64,000 nucleotides of DNA, taken from the NCBI GenBank assembly GCA_963836185.1, contig CAWIIQ010000001.1, positions 864,001-928,000 of the forward strand, given 5' to 3'. Source of the DNA: Candidatus Krumholzibacteriia bacterium (GTDB lineage Bacteria; Krumholzibacteriota; Krumholzibacteriia; Krumholzibacteriales; Krumholzibacteriaceae). A program made the position numbers and the translations under genes. The notes beneath the pieces are model-generated. The model made no database searches, was not told the DNA's origin, and saw nothing but the letters and a program-made list of their open reading frames with translations. Of the stretch, positions 11,201 to 20,421 are shown in pieces (positions within the stretch are counted from its first letter, which is position 1; the number at the start of each line of letters is the position of its first letter).

Positions 11201-11915
11201 CGAGACACTTGCCAACCTCGTCGTTCTTCTGAGGACCTCGGGGGCTTCGGCTGAACTCCTCCTTCCGAGGACGTTCTCCAATACGGCAGGTCTCGCCCTG
11301 GCCGGCGCCGATCCTGCGTTCGCACCTGGAAGGACCGCGCCTCCGGCAGAGGCTGCCGGTGTCCGCACGAGGAAGGAGCTGCTCGAGCTCCTCGAGAAGG
11401 GTGAGATAAGGGGCGCTCTCGTCATCGGCGAGGACCCGATGGCCTGGGGAGCTACGGGGACGTGGCTGCAGAACATCGAATTTCTCGCGGCAGTGGACTG
11501 GACGGAGACGGAGACGACAAGGTTCGCCGATGTGGTCCTTCCGGGATCGACATTCCTCGAGACAGCTGGAACGCGCTGCAACTTCGAGGGCAAGGTAGTC
11601 GAGTACAGCCGCGCGGTAGAACCACCCGCCGGAGTCTCGGGCAGGGAAGTGCTCGAAGGTCTGGCCGGCGAGTTCGGGCTCAAGGATGTCTCCGGTTCGG
11701 CCGGACAGCTGAGTTCGCTGGTCGAGAAAAATCTCGGCAAGCAGCTGCCGTGGTACTGGAACACGGGCCAGGAGCGCAAGGGCGGCGTCGATATGAAGCT
11801 GGCCGCGGCCGGTCTGGGTGCGGGCAAGATCGCGCTCATGCCGCCACTGACGCATACTGGCAGATACAGGAAAGAGATCCGCGAGGTGGGAACGGGACGT
11901 TTCAGAGTAAGGTGA
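8255..11915 (+). CDS. Large Fe-S flavoprotein: [2Fe-2S] + GltD-like FAD/NADPH + NuoG/Fdh-alpha-like domains (NfnA-type BfuA), one frameshift at ~9443
   Basis: IPTLC..GSCFVC, CGRVC, GAGPAG, GGGNTA, then after a +1 shift CILCARC, CVSCGNC, CAFCSLAC and a molybdopterin-fold ADVVLP region. Confidence 0.85.
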
Positions 11916-11919
11916 CAGC

Positions 11920-13905
11920 ATGCTGAAGCTGCAGAATTTCTTCGATTTCATGGAGGAAAGCTTCGATTATCTCCTCGTCCTTGACGAGAACGGTAAGGTG
12001 ATGCACGCGAGCGAAGAGATCGTCTTGGATGTCTTCCCCGACGCGGGGCCGCTTGAAGGGAAATCGATAGAGGACCTGCTTACGAGTTCTTCAATAGACA
12101 CTATCAGGTCGGCAATGATCCAGGCAAAAGCCGGAACGCGCGGAGTAGTGGTCCTCTCTACTGAGGATGATGGCTCCTCGACCATTCCGCTCAAGGCGGG
12201 GTATTTTATCGCCGAGAAAGGTGACGTCTATCCGCTCTTCGGCAACAGGCTCGAGGGACTCGTCAAGGGTGACGGATGGGAGAAGGACGAGAGGATCAAG
12301 GAGCTCGGCTGCCTTTATTCGGTCGCCGAGTTGATCGAGGTATCCTCATCGATCCCCGATTTCTTCATAAGGCTTCCAAAGACACTCGAACAGGGGATGC
12401 TCTACTCCGATGAGGTGGTCATCTACTCGAACTACCTGGGGCAGGAGTACGGGCAGAAACCATCATCGAAAAATCAGATCAGGGTGCCTCTCATAGTGGC
12501 CAAGGAAGAGAAGGGTGAGATCCTCGTCGGCTATCACGATGATACCCGCGACCTCCTTCCCGAGGAGCAGAAACTGCTCGACGAGATCGGCAGGATGCTT
12601 ACGGTGGCCCTCGAGAGGAAGGAATTCGGGGAGAAGCTCCATCTGATGGAGGAAGAGGAAGAGGACTACAACACGCGCCTCGACCAGTTGCGCACCGAGA
12701 TAGAAGCCAAGACCAGGGACCTCGAGGAGCAGAAGAGCAAGCTGAGCATCGTCGATTCGTATCTCGACCGCATGAAGGACGGTTGGGAGGAATCGAAATC
12801 GAGGCTCGAGACGATGTTCAAGGCGATACCAGACGACGTCGTCCTGATCGACAAGAAGCGCAAGGTCGTTATGACCAACCGTGAGGACATCGAACCTGGA
12901 AACTACTGCTACACGAGTTATTTCAACCGCGAAAAACCGTGCGAGGATTGCCGTCTCGCGAGGATCCTGCGCGACAAGATCCCCGTATCGCTGACGATGA
13001 AGGTCGGCGAGAGATATATCCAGGTCCAGGCACAGCCTGTTTTCAACCAGGACCACGAGGTCGACGGGATACTCGAGTTCTACCGCGACATCACCCTCGA
13101 GAAGACATACGACCAGCAGCTCCAGCAGGCCGACAAGCTCGCCTCGATCGGACAGCTCGTCAGCGGCATCGGCCACGAGATAAACAACCCGAACCAGTTC
13201 ATCCGCGGAAATATCAAGATAATCCAGCAGTCGCTCGAAGACATGCTTCCCATCGTCGATGATTACGTGAAAGAGCACCCCGACCTGAAGATCGCCAGGC
13301 TGAACTATGACTTCTTCCGTGAGCATATCATGACACTCGTCGATGACATGGCGCACGGATCGGAGAGGATCAAGGCGATCGTCGAGGGCCTCAGGACATT
13401 TACGCGCAAGGACGAGGGCCTTCTTGTCGACAAGGTAGATATCAACACGCTGATCGAGACGTCAGCGAGGCTCGTACACAACGAGGTCCACAAGCGTGCC
13501 GACATCGAGCTCGATCTATCGCCCGATGTCAAGACGTTCACCGGGAACTCGCAGAAGATAGAGCAGGTGCTGATCAACCTGATAGTCAATGCCAGCCAGG
13601 CTATTCCCGACGACCGGCGTGGGCTCATCAAGGTCGCGACCAATTACGATAACGAGAGAATCACCGTTCTCGTCGAGGACAACGGCAAGGGCATGAACGA
13701 GAGCACGGTGAACCAGATATTCAATCCGTTTTTTACCACGAAGAGGGCCAAGGGGGGCACAGGGCTCGGGCTGGCTATAGCCTACCGGATCATCGAGGAA
13801 CACAACGGGAAGATCCAGGTCAAGAGCAAGCCGGGTGTAGGGACCACTTTCATCATCAGGATCCCGACCCTTCAGTTCGAACTGCCTTCCGGGGAGCAGA
13901 AATGA
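11920..13905 (+). CDS. PAS-domain sensor histidine kinase (cytoplasmic)
   Basis: HEINNP H-box, NLIVNA, DNGKG, FFTTK..GGTGLGL; Cys-containing PAS region CY..PCEDC; no TM segment seen. Confidence 0.92.
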   Translation: MLKLQNFFDFMEESFDYLLVLDENGKVMHASEEIVLDVFPDAGPLEGKSIEDLLTSSSIDTIRSAMIQAKAGTRGVVVLSTEDDGSSTIPLKAGYFIAEKGDVYPLFGNRLEGLVKGDGWEKDERIKELGCLYSVAELIEVSSSIPDFFIRLPKTLEQGMLYSDEVVIYSNYLGQEYGQKPSSKNQIRVPLIVAKEEKGEILVGYHDDTRDLLPEEQKLLDEIGRMLTVALERKEFGEKLHLMEEEEEDYNTRLDQLRTEIEAKTRDLEEQKSKLSIVDSYLDRMKDGWEESKSRLETMFKAIPDDVVLIDKKRKVVMTNREDIEPGNYCYTSYFNREKPCEDCRLARILRDKIPVSLTMKVGERYIQVQAQPVFNQDHEVDGILEFYRDITLEKTYDQQLQQADKLASIGQLVSGIGHEINNPNQFIRGNIKIIQQSLEDMLPIVDDYVKEHPDLKIARLNYDFFREHIMTLVDDMAHGSERIKAIVEGLRTFTRKDEGLLVDKVDINTLIETSARLVHNEVHKRADIELDLSPDVKTFTGNSQKIEQVLINLIVNASQAIPDDRRGLIKVATNYDNERITVLVEDNGKGMNESTVNQIFNPFFTTKRAKGGTGLGLAIAYRIIEEHNGKIQVKSKPGVGTTFIIRIPTLQFELPSGEQK

Positions 13906-15251
13906 AGAAGATCCTCATTGTTGACGACGATACCGCCGTGACCAACTACCTGCTGGTCTTCCTCGTGCAGTCGGGGATATTTGAGCCCACCGTGATCAAT
14001 GATTCGAGAGAGGTCGAGGGCCGTCTCGACTCGGAATCGTTCGACGTCGTCCTGCTCGATATGGACATGCCGAACGTAAGCGGTATGGATATCCTGCACA
14101 AGATGAGGGGAAAGGGTGACGAGACCCCGGTCGTCGTGCTCACCGGTGTGAGCGACGTGACGCTGGCGGTCAAATCGATGAAGCTTGGAGCGTTCGACTA
14201 CCTGACAAAGCCTGTCGACGAGGACAAGCTGCTCGAGGTGCTCGACAACGCGATGGCGCACGGAGTGCTCAACAGGGAGATAGGTGATCTTCCCGTCGAA
14301 TTGAGCAGGAAGGACCTGACTCACCAGGCTGTATTCGAGCAGTTCGATACCCAGGACCCCGGCATGATAAGGCTCTTTCACCAGATAGAGAAACTGGCGC
14401 CGAGCGATCTCGGCATCTTCATATGGGGTGAGAGTGGAACGGGCAAGGAGGCGCTGGCCAGGGCGATCCACAACGCCAGTTCGAGAAGCGACAAGCCTTT
14501 TATCGCCGTCGAGGCTGATTCCCAGGACCCCGACAGGTTCTCGGGATTTTTCTTCGGCCAGGACAGGGACTGGAGCGGTTCGCGCGAGGAGGCTGCCGGC
14601 TTACTCGAGCAGGCCAACGGGGGCACCCTCTTTCTCAACAATATAGATGCACTGCCTCTTCCGATGCAGGTCAGGCTCAAGAGGGTCATCCAGAAGGACG
14701 AATTTTACAGGGAGAACTCGACGAAGATCAGGGAGATCGATGTACGCCTGATCGTCTCGTCGACTCACGACCTGACGCAGCCCGAATACAAGGCTACATT
14801 CTCGAGAGACCTTCTCTATCACCTGATGGTCAACTCGATCCAGATCCCCCCTCTTCGCGAGAGGCCGGGGGATATTCCCCTGCTGGCTAAACGTTTTCTG
14901 CGTGAGGAAATCGAAAAGACGGGGAGCAGGATCATAGGTTTTTCAGATGAGTTCCTCGCGTTGCTGAAGGACTACTCATTCCCGACAAATGTGCAGGAAC
15001 TGCGAACTATCGTAGCCCTGGCCGTTGCGAATGAGGAGTCGGACAGGATAACTGTAGATTCACTTTCATCTACGATACGGGAGAGGATCTCTCCCGAGGC
15101 AGCCGTCGAAGGACTGCCGTTCATGCCGAGGAAGCTCGAGGAAGTGATCAGGGAGCACGTCGCCAAGACGCTCGAATATTTCGGAGGGGACCGCGAGGCG
15201 GCAGCCAGGGAGCTCGGGTTATCGCTGGACGAACTGGAGGGTCACGTCTGA
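13902..15251 (+). CDS. NtrC-type response regulator with degenerate AAA+ domain
   Basis: Receiver domain and GESGTGKE Walker A present; GAFTGA replaced by RDWSGS; Walker B reads LFLNNI. Confidence 0.88.
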   Translation: MKKILIVDDDTAVTNYLLVFLVQSGIFEPTVINDSREVEGRLDSESFDVVLLDMDMPNVSGMDILHKMRGKGDETPVVVLTGVSDVTLAVKSMKLGAFDYLTKPVDEDKLLEVLDNAMAHGVLNREIGDLPVELSRKDLTHQAVFEQFDTQDPGMIRLFHQIEKLAPSDLGIFIWGESGTGKEALARAIHNASSRSDKPFIAVEADSQDPDRFSGFFFGQDRDWSGSREEAAGLLEQANGGTLFLNNIDALPLPMQVRLKRVIQKDEFYRENSTKIREIDVRLIVSSTHDLTQPEYKATFSRDLLYHLMVNSIQIPPLRERPGDIPLLAKRFLREEIEKTGSRIIGFSDEFLALLKDYSFPTNVQELRTIVALAVANEESDRITVDSLSSTIRERISPEAAVEGLPFMPRKLEEVIREHVAKTLEYFGGDREAAARELGLSLDELEGHV

Positions 15252-15393
15252 CCGAGCGGATAAATACTTGATTGGGGCATAATACGTCTGGTAGAAATGT
15301 ACTTTGCTTTTTGTACAATATTTTAAATTCGAAGGGGACGGGCCTCCTGTAACCCTTGAGTTTTCAATCGATCAACGATAGAAACGGTCTACA

Positions 15394-16221
15394 ATGAACA
15401 AGATTGTCGAGAAGGAATTCATATCACCGCAGGTCTTCCGTATGGCTGTGGACGCGCCCGATATCGCGAAAAAGAGGAAGGCAGGACAGTTCATCATGCT
15501 TCGAACGTGTGAAGCGGGCGAACGCATACCTCTCACGATCGCCGATGCTGACGCGGAGAAGGGTACGATCGAACTGATCGTCCAGATCGTAGGGAAGTCC
15601 ACCCTGGAGCTGTCAAAGCTCGAGGCGGGAGACGATCTCTGTGATTTCGTGGGACCGCTGGGAAGGGCCACTCACATCGAGTTGTTCGGTACTGTGATCA
15701 TAGTAGGAGGCGGGGTGGGGATAGCCCCCTCCCATCCGATTGCGCAGGCGATGAAAGCCGCGGGCAACAACGTGATATCGATCCTCGGCGGGCGGTCGAA
15801 GGATCTCGTGATAATGGAAGACAAGATGACTGCCTGCAGCGACCGTGTCATGATCACGACGGATGACGGCTCGTACGGTGAGAAGGGGCTCGTCACCGAC
15901 GCCCTGCAGAAGCTTATCGATGAGGGGCTCAAAATCGACATGGTAGTCGCTGTAGGCCCTCCGATCATGATGAAGTTCGTGGCCCTGCTCACGAAGAAAT
16001 ACGATATACCGACGCTGGTCAGCCTCAACACGATCATGGTAGACGGTACCGGGATGTGCGGTGCGTGCAGGGTGACCGTAGGCGACGGCACCAAGTTCGT
16101 ATGTGTCGACGGCCCCGAATTTGACGGGCACAAGGTCGATTTCGACGAGATGATGAAGCGCCAGCGCATGTACGAGGTGCAGGAAAAAGAATCGATGGAC
16201 CGGTACGAGTCCTCGCAGTGA
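15394..16221 (+). CDS. nfnA: NfnAB transhydrogenase small subunit (SudB/PyrK-like)
   Basis: GQFIML..GERIPLTI, GGGVG and MVDGTGMCGACRV..CVDGPEFD motifs. Confidence 0.88.
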   Translation: MNKIVEKEFISPQVFRMAVDAPDIAKKRKAGQFIMLRTCEAGERIPLTIADADAEKGTIELIVQIVGKSTLELSKLEAGDDLCDFVGPLGRATHIELFGTVIIVGGGVGIAPSHPIAQAMKAAGNNVISILGGRSKDLVIMEDKMTACSDRVMITTDDGSYGEKGLVTDALQKLIDEGLKIDMVVAVGPPIMMKFVALLTKKYDIPTLVSLNTIMVDGTGMCGACRVTVGDGTKFVCVDGPEFDGHKVDFDEMMKRQRMYEVQEKESMDRYESSQ

Positions 16222-16271
16222 TATCCGTTACGCCAAGAAGGAGGTAGCGGCCGCGAGCGGCCGCGGGTGAT

Positions 16272-17714
16272 ATGGAAGAAGAAAAGAAGCTGACAGCAAA
16301 GGAGAGATTGGCGATACCGGTCCAGGCGATGCCCGAGCAGGACGCGAAGGAACGGGTTCACAACGTTGAGGAAGTACCTCGAGGATATTCCGACGAGCAG
16401 GCGATGACCGAGGCAACCAGGTGCCTCCAATGCAAGAAGGCGCCGTGCGTCCAGGGCTGCCCAGTCGAGATCAACATACCGGGATTTCTCAACGCGATAG
16501 TCGAGGGCGATTTCCGTGCCGGAATCGATATCATAAAAGAAACGAACATCCTGCCCGCCGTCTGTGGACGTGTCTGTCCGCAGGAAGAGCAGTGCCAGGC
16601 CTACTGCATCGTCGGCAAGAGCCTCAAATCGACAGATCTGGCCGTTCAGATCGGCAAGCTCGAGCGTTTCCTCGCCGACTGGGAGATGGACAAGAGCGAG
16701 ACGAAGATGCCCGAGATAAAGCCTTCAACGGGCAAGAAGGTCGCAATCGTCGGCTCCGGCCCTGCCGGCCTGACCGTAGCGGCCGACGTTCGGCGCGAGG
16801 GGCACGATGTCACGATCTTCGAGGCTCTTCACAAGCCCGGCGGAGTGCTTATCTACGGCATCCCCGAGTTCCGCCTTCCGAAGAAGATCGTCATGAAAGA
16901 GGTCGACAACCTCGAACGGATGGGCGTCGAGGTAAAATACAACTACGTCATAGGCAAGATCTTCACCGTCGACGAGCTTCTCGAGGAGGAGGGATTCGAC
17001 GCGATATTCATCGCTACAGGCGCGGGGCTCCCGATGTTCATGCGCATTGCCGGCGAGAACCTCAACGGTGTCTATTCGGCGAACGAGTTCCTCACCAGGG
17101 CCAACCTGATGCAGGCTTATTCGTTCCCCGAGACCGACACTCCGATCGCCAGGTCGAAGAATGTGGCCGTATTCGGTGGCGGAAACGTCGCTATGGATTC
17201 TGCCCGTACGGCCCTCAGGCTCGGCGCGGATAACGTCTACCTGGTCTATCGCCGCTCGAAAGCGGAGATGCCGGCGAGGGTCGAGGAGGTCCATCACGCC
17301 GGTGAGGAGGGGGTCCAGTTCATGCTTCTCCAGAACCCGCTCCGCCTGATCGGCGATGAGGACGGATGGGTAAAGCAGGTCGAATGCATCAAGATGGAGC
17401 TCGGCGAGCCAGACGACTCGGGCAGGCGCCGCCCCGTTCCCATACCGAACAGCGAGTTCACTATCGATGTCGATACGGTCATAGTCTCAATCGGTAATTC
17501 GTCGAACCCGCTTATTCCCGACACCACGCCCGATATCTCGACAAACAAGTGGGGTAACATCACTGTCGATGGAGCGACGATGAAGACGAGCAAGAAGGGC
17601 GTATTCGCGGGCGGCGATATCGTCCTCGGAGCTGCCACCGTGATCCTCGCCATGGGCCAGGGGCGCAACGCAGCCGCGTCGATCAACGAGTATCTCGAGT
17701 CGGGTAACTGGTAG
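16272..17714 (+). CDS. nfnB: NfnAB transhydrogenase large subunit (SudA/GltD-like)
   Basis: RCLQC..PC..GCP, CGRVCPQE.QC, GSGPAG, YSANEFLTRAN and GAATVILAMG; directly follows nfnA. Confidence 0.88.
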   Translation: MEEEKKLTAKERLAIPVQAMPEQDAKERVHNVEEVPRGYSDEQAMTEATRCLQCKKAPCVQGCPVEINIPGFLNAIVEGDFRAGIDIIKETNILPAVCGRVCPQEEQCQAYCIVGKSLKSTDLAVQIGKLERFLADWEMDKSETKMPEIKPSTGKKVAIVGSGPAGLTVAADVRREGHDVTIFEALHKPGGVLIYGIPEFRLPKKIVMKEVDNLERMGVEVKYNYVIGKIFTVDELLEEEGFDAIFIATGAGLPMFMRIAGENLNGVYSANEFLTRANLMQAYSFPETDTPIARSKNVAVFGGGNVAMDSARTALRLGADNVYLVYRRSKAEMPARVEEVHHAGEEGVQFMLLQNPLRLIGDEDGWVKQVECIKMELGEPDDSGRRRPVPIPNSEFTIDVDTVIVSIGNSSNPLIPDTTPDISTNKWGNITVDGATMKTSKKGVFAGGDIVLGAATVILAMGQGRNAAASINEYLESGNW

Positions 17715-17752
17715 ACCTGTTTTTACATGAGAAGTCAGTCAGGGGAGGCGCC

Positions 17753-18859
17753 TTAAGGCGTCTCCCTTTTTTCGGCCAGGAGCTGCATCAGCAGGCCCGA
17801 AGAGTCGAGGTATCTGGCGATCTCGTCAGCTACGATCCCGACACCGTATGGGTTCCAGTGGTAGTTGTCGGCAAACTCGAAACGGCGGCCGTTCGCGCGG
17901 TACTCGCTCGCAAACCGCTCAGACATGTCGATAAAATGGACGCCTGTCCTGGCGCATACTTCCCTATATATAGGGACATCTTCGAGCGGGGCCGGCTCAC
18001 CACCGCTCTCGTAAGTCATGCGCCGGTCCGAGTCCAGCAGTACGAGGACGGGGACGCCGGGATTCTCAGCCTGGAGCCTGGTAAGTGTCAGTTCCAGTAT
18101 TTCCCTCTTCATCTCTTCCTCACGGGCTCGTTTATCAGGGTCGACAACTACGGCCGCGTCCTGGCCAGCTTCCTGGACTATCCCCCCGCCCAGGGTGATG
18201 TTGGCGTTGAAGAAGAGGTACCGGATAGTGGCGCTCCAGCGCAGCAGGCGGTTCTTGCGCGATACCTGGAAAGGAGAAGGTTTCCCAAGAACGTAGCCTG
18301 TGTCGGCGAGGGCGAACTGGGCCGAGTAGGGTACGAATTTCAGGTCGTGTATGCTGTTGTGCAAGCTCGAGTGATTGGCCTGTACGAGGAGCATCTGCGG
18401 AGAGAAATGATATCGGGCAAAATCGGCTACTTTCAGGCACTGCGAGAAAGACATCCCCGAGGTCCCCAGGTTGTAGACGGCTACCTCGTCCGAGAGATTC
18501 CTCTGCAGGCAGGCGCTCAAATGAGCGTCGACATCACTGTAGAGACCCTGAAGGTACGAATTGCCTATTGCGGCAATGCAGGGCCGCCGCCTCGTTCCGG
18601 CAGCATGGAAGTTCTCCGCCGCATTGGCGCCATAGTTGTTGATGTGCCACCTGAAGGCCGGGTGGCCGAAACGCCCGAGGGTATGGAGGCCCGATCGCGC
18701 GGAGGTCGTGTCGTGAAGCATGATCATGAACTCCGGATCCTGGTATCCTCTCGGCACGTCTGACGCCGGCACGATCGTACGGAAGAATACCTCCAGGACG
18801 AGAAGGGCCAGGATCGAGAAGCCGAGTAGTCTGCCGAGAAAAGCACGCATGATCTCCAC
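17753..18859 (-). CDS. SGNH/AlgJ-like periplasmic O-acetylation protein
   Basis: N-terminal TM anchor, IGNSY block and DNYHWN (DxHW-like) motif; follows the MBOAT gene. Confidence 0.7.
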   Translation of the reverse strand: MEIMRAFLGRLLGFSILALLVLEVFFRTIVPASDVPRGYQDPEFMIMLHDTTSARSGLHTLGRFGHPAFRWHINNYGANAAENFHAAGTRRRPCIAAIGNSYLQGLYSDVDAHLSACLQRNLSDEVAVYNLGTSGMSFSQCLKVADFARYHFSPQMLLVQANHSSLHNSIHDLKFVPYSAQFALADTGYVLGKPSPFQVSRKNRLLRWSATIRYLFFNANITLGGGIVQEAGQDAAVVVDPDKRAREEEMKREILELTLTRLQAENPGVPVLVLLDSDRRMTYESGGEPAPLEDVPIYREVCARTGVHFIDMSERFASEYRANGRRFEFADNYHWNPYGVGIVADEIARYLDSSGLLMQLLAEKRETP

Positions 18860-20293
18860 CTAGAATTGGAAGTATATGAACTGCTGGGAGCCGAATCTCC
18901 CGCACAGGATTATAGCTATTATGACGACGAGATACAGGATCCAGCGCAGAACCGCCGGCAGATGTCCGATGTCGAGCCCATACTGCCTGGTCCGGAGCGG
19001 CCATTCCACGATAAGCGGGATCAGGGCATAGAGCAGGGGTGTTCCATAGGCCATATAATCGAGCCCCAGGTAAGGCGCCTGGACGATCCGTGCCAGAAAC
19101 GCTCCCGCGGCGGGGATAGATTGCGTACGGAATATGGCCAGGCCCAGGAGAACCAGCCCGAATGTCATCAACATGTTTATTGCCTCACGCGGAGAAGGCA
19201 GGAGGCGGCCCTCCGCGACAGTGTCCATGTGCTGTCTCTGTTTGTTTCTGAGCATCAACGGGATGTAGTAGAGCCCGTTCAATGTGCCCCACAGGACGAA
19301 GTTCCAGTTCGCGCCGTGCCAGAAGCCGCTGATAGTGAATGTGATGACGATGTTGAAGATCTGCCTGGCGCGGGAGACGCGGCTGCCGCCCAGTGGTATG
19401 TAGAGGTAGTCCCGGAACCATGTCGAGAGTGAGATATGCCATCGCCGCCAGAATTCGGCGATGTCACGGGAATAGAACGGATAGGCGAAGTTACGCATGA
19501 GGTCGAACCCGAAGAGACGGGAGACACCGATGGCGATATCAGAGTAGCCGGAGAAATCACAGTAGACCTGGAGAGTGAAGAGAAAGACCCCGATCGTCAG
19601 TACGATGCCGTCCTGTTGGCCAGCACTATTGAATATTTCCTCGACGTAGGGAGCCATGTTGTCTGCCACGACCATTTTCTTGAAGAATCCCCACAGCATC
19701 TGGCGCATTCCATCACTGGCAAGAACGGGGTCAAAGACCCTTTTCTTGTGGAATTGCGGCAGAAGGGATTTAGCGCGTTCGATAGGCCCGGCGACGAGTT
19801 GAGGGAAGAAGCTTACGAAAGCGAAGAATGCGATCGGATCGGATGAACTTTTTATCTTCCGCCGGTAGATATCGATGGTGTAGCTCATCGTCTGGAAGGT
19901 ATAGAAGCTGATTCCGACAGGGAGGATGATCTTCAGGACGGGCAGGTTCGGCTCGAGCCCCAGCCATTTTAACAGGGCAGCCAGAGACGCGATAAAAAAG
20001 TTGAAGTACTTGAAAAAACCCAGGATACCGAGGTTTACCACCATGCTCGTAACGAGAAGGGCCTTGCGCCGTGATTCTGCTTCGGTTCGGTCCAGAGCCT
20101 GGCCGATCGTGAAATCGACCAGCGAACTGATGAAGATCAGGGACAGGAATCGCCAGTCCCACCATCCGTAGAACACATAGCTGGCGACGATAAGGAAAGC
20201 GTTCTGCAGGCGTATCCGCTTGTTGCCGATAAGCCAGTAGAGGACAAAGACCAAGGGCAGGAAGATTGCAAAAGCGAATGAGTTGAACAGCAT
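18860..20293 (-). CDS. MBOAT family O-acyltransferase (AlgI/PatA-like)
   Basis: LPVGISFYTFQ, FFPQLVAGPIER, DFSGYSD, FWRRWHISLS and SGFWHGA motifs. Confidence 0.95.
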   Translation of the reverse strand: MLFNSFAFAIFLPLVFVLYWLIGNKRIRLQNAFLIVASYVFYGWWDWRFLSLIFISSLVDFTIGQALDRTEAESRRKALLVTSMVVNLGILGFFKYFNFFIASLAALLKWLGLEPNLPVLKIILPVGISFYTFQTMSYTIDIYRRKIKSSSDPIAFFAFVSFFPQLVAGPIERAKSLLPQFHKKRVFDPVLASDGMRQMLWGFFKKMVVADNMAPYVEEIFNSAGQQDGIVLTIGVFLFTLQVYCDFSGYSDIAIGVSRLFGFDLMRNFAYPFYSRDIAEFWRRWHISLSTWFRDYLYIPLGGSRVSRARQIFNIVITFTISGFWHGANWNFVLWGTLNGLYYIPLMLRNKQRQHMDTVAEGRLLPSPREAINMLMTFGLVLLGLAIFRTQSIPAAGAFLARIVQAPYLGLDYMAYGTPLLYALIPLIVEWPLRTRQYGLDIGHLPAVLRWILYLVVIIAIILCGRFGSQQFIYFQF

Positions 20294-20421
20294 GCGAACT
20301 ATTTCCTCTGGAGGATCATTAAGATGTGACCTGCCACCAGTTACTGTGCCCTGCGAGAGTTCTATCGCCTCTCATGTTAGATTACTGATTATATCCATTT
20401 CTGGCCTGCAATGCCACACTT

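Noticed and set aside
8231-11951. Long antisense ORFs (571 aa and 472 aa; similar ones at 34741-36462, 50571-51920 and 22032-23231)
   Set aside because: Shadows of well-supported GC-rich genes on the opposite strand, with no recognisable motifs
16272-17714. True glutamate synthase
   Set aside because: No gltB large subunit, and pairing with a PyrK-like gene indicates NfnAB
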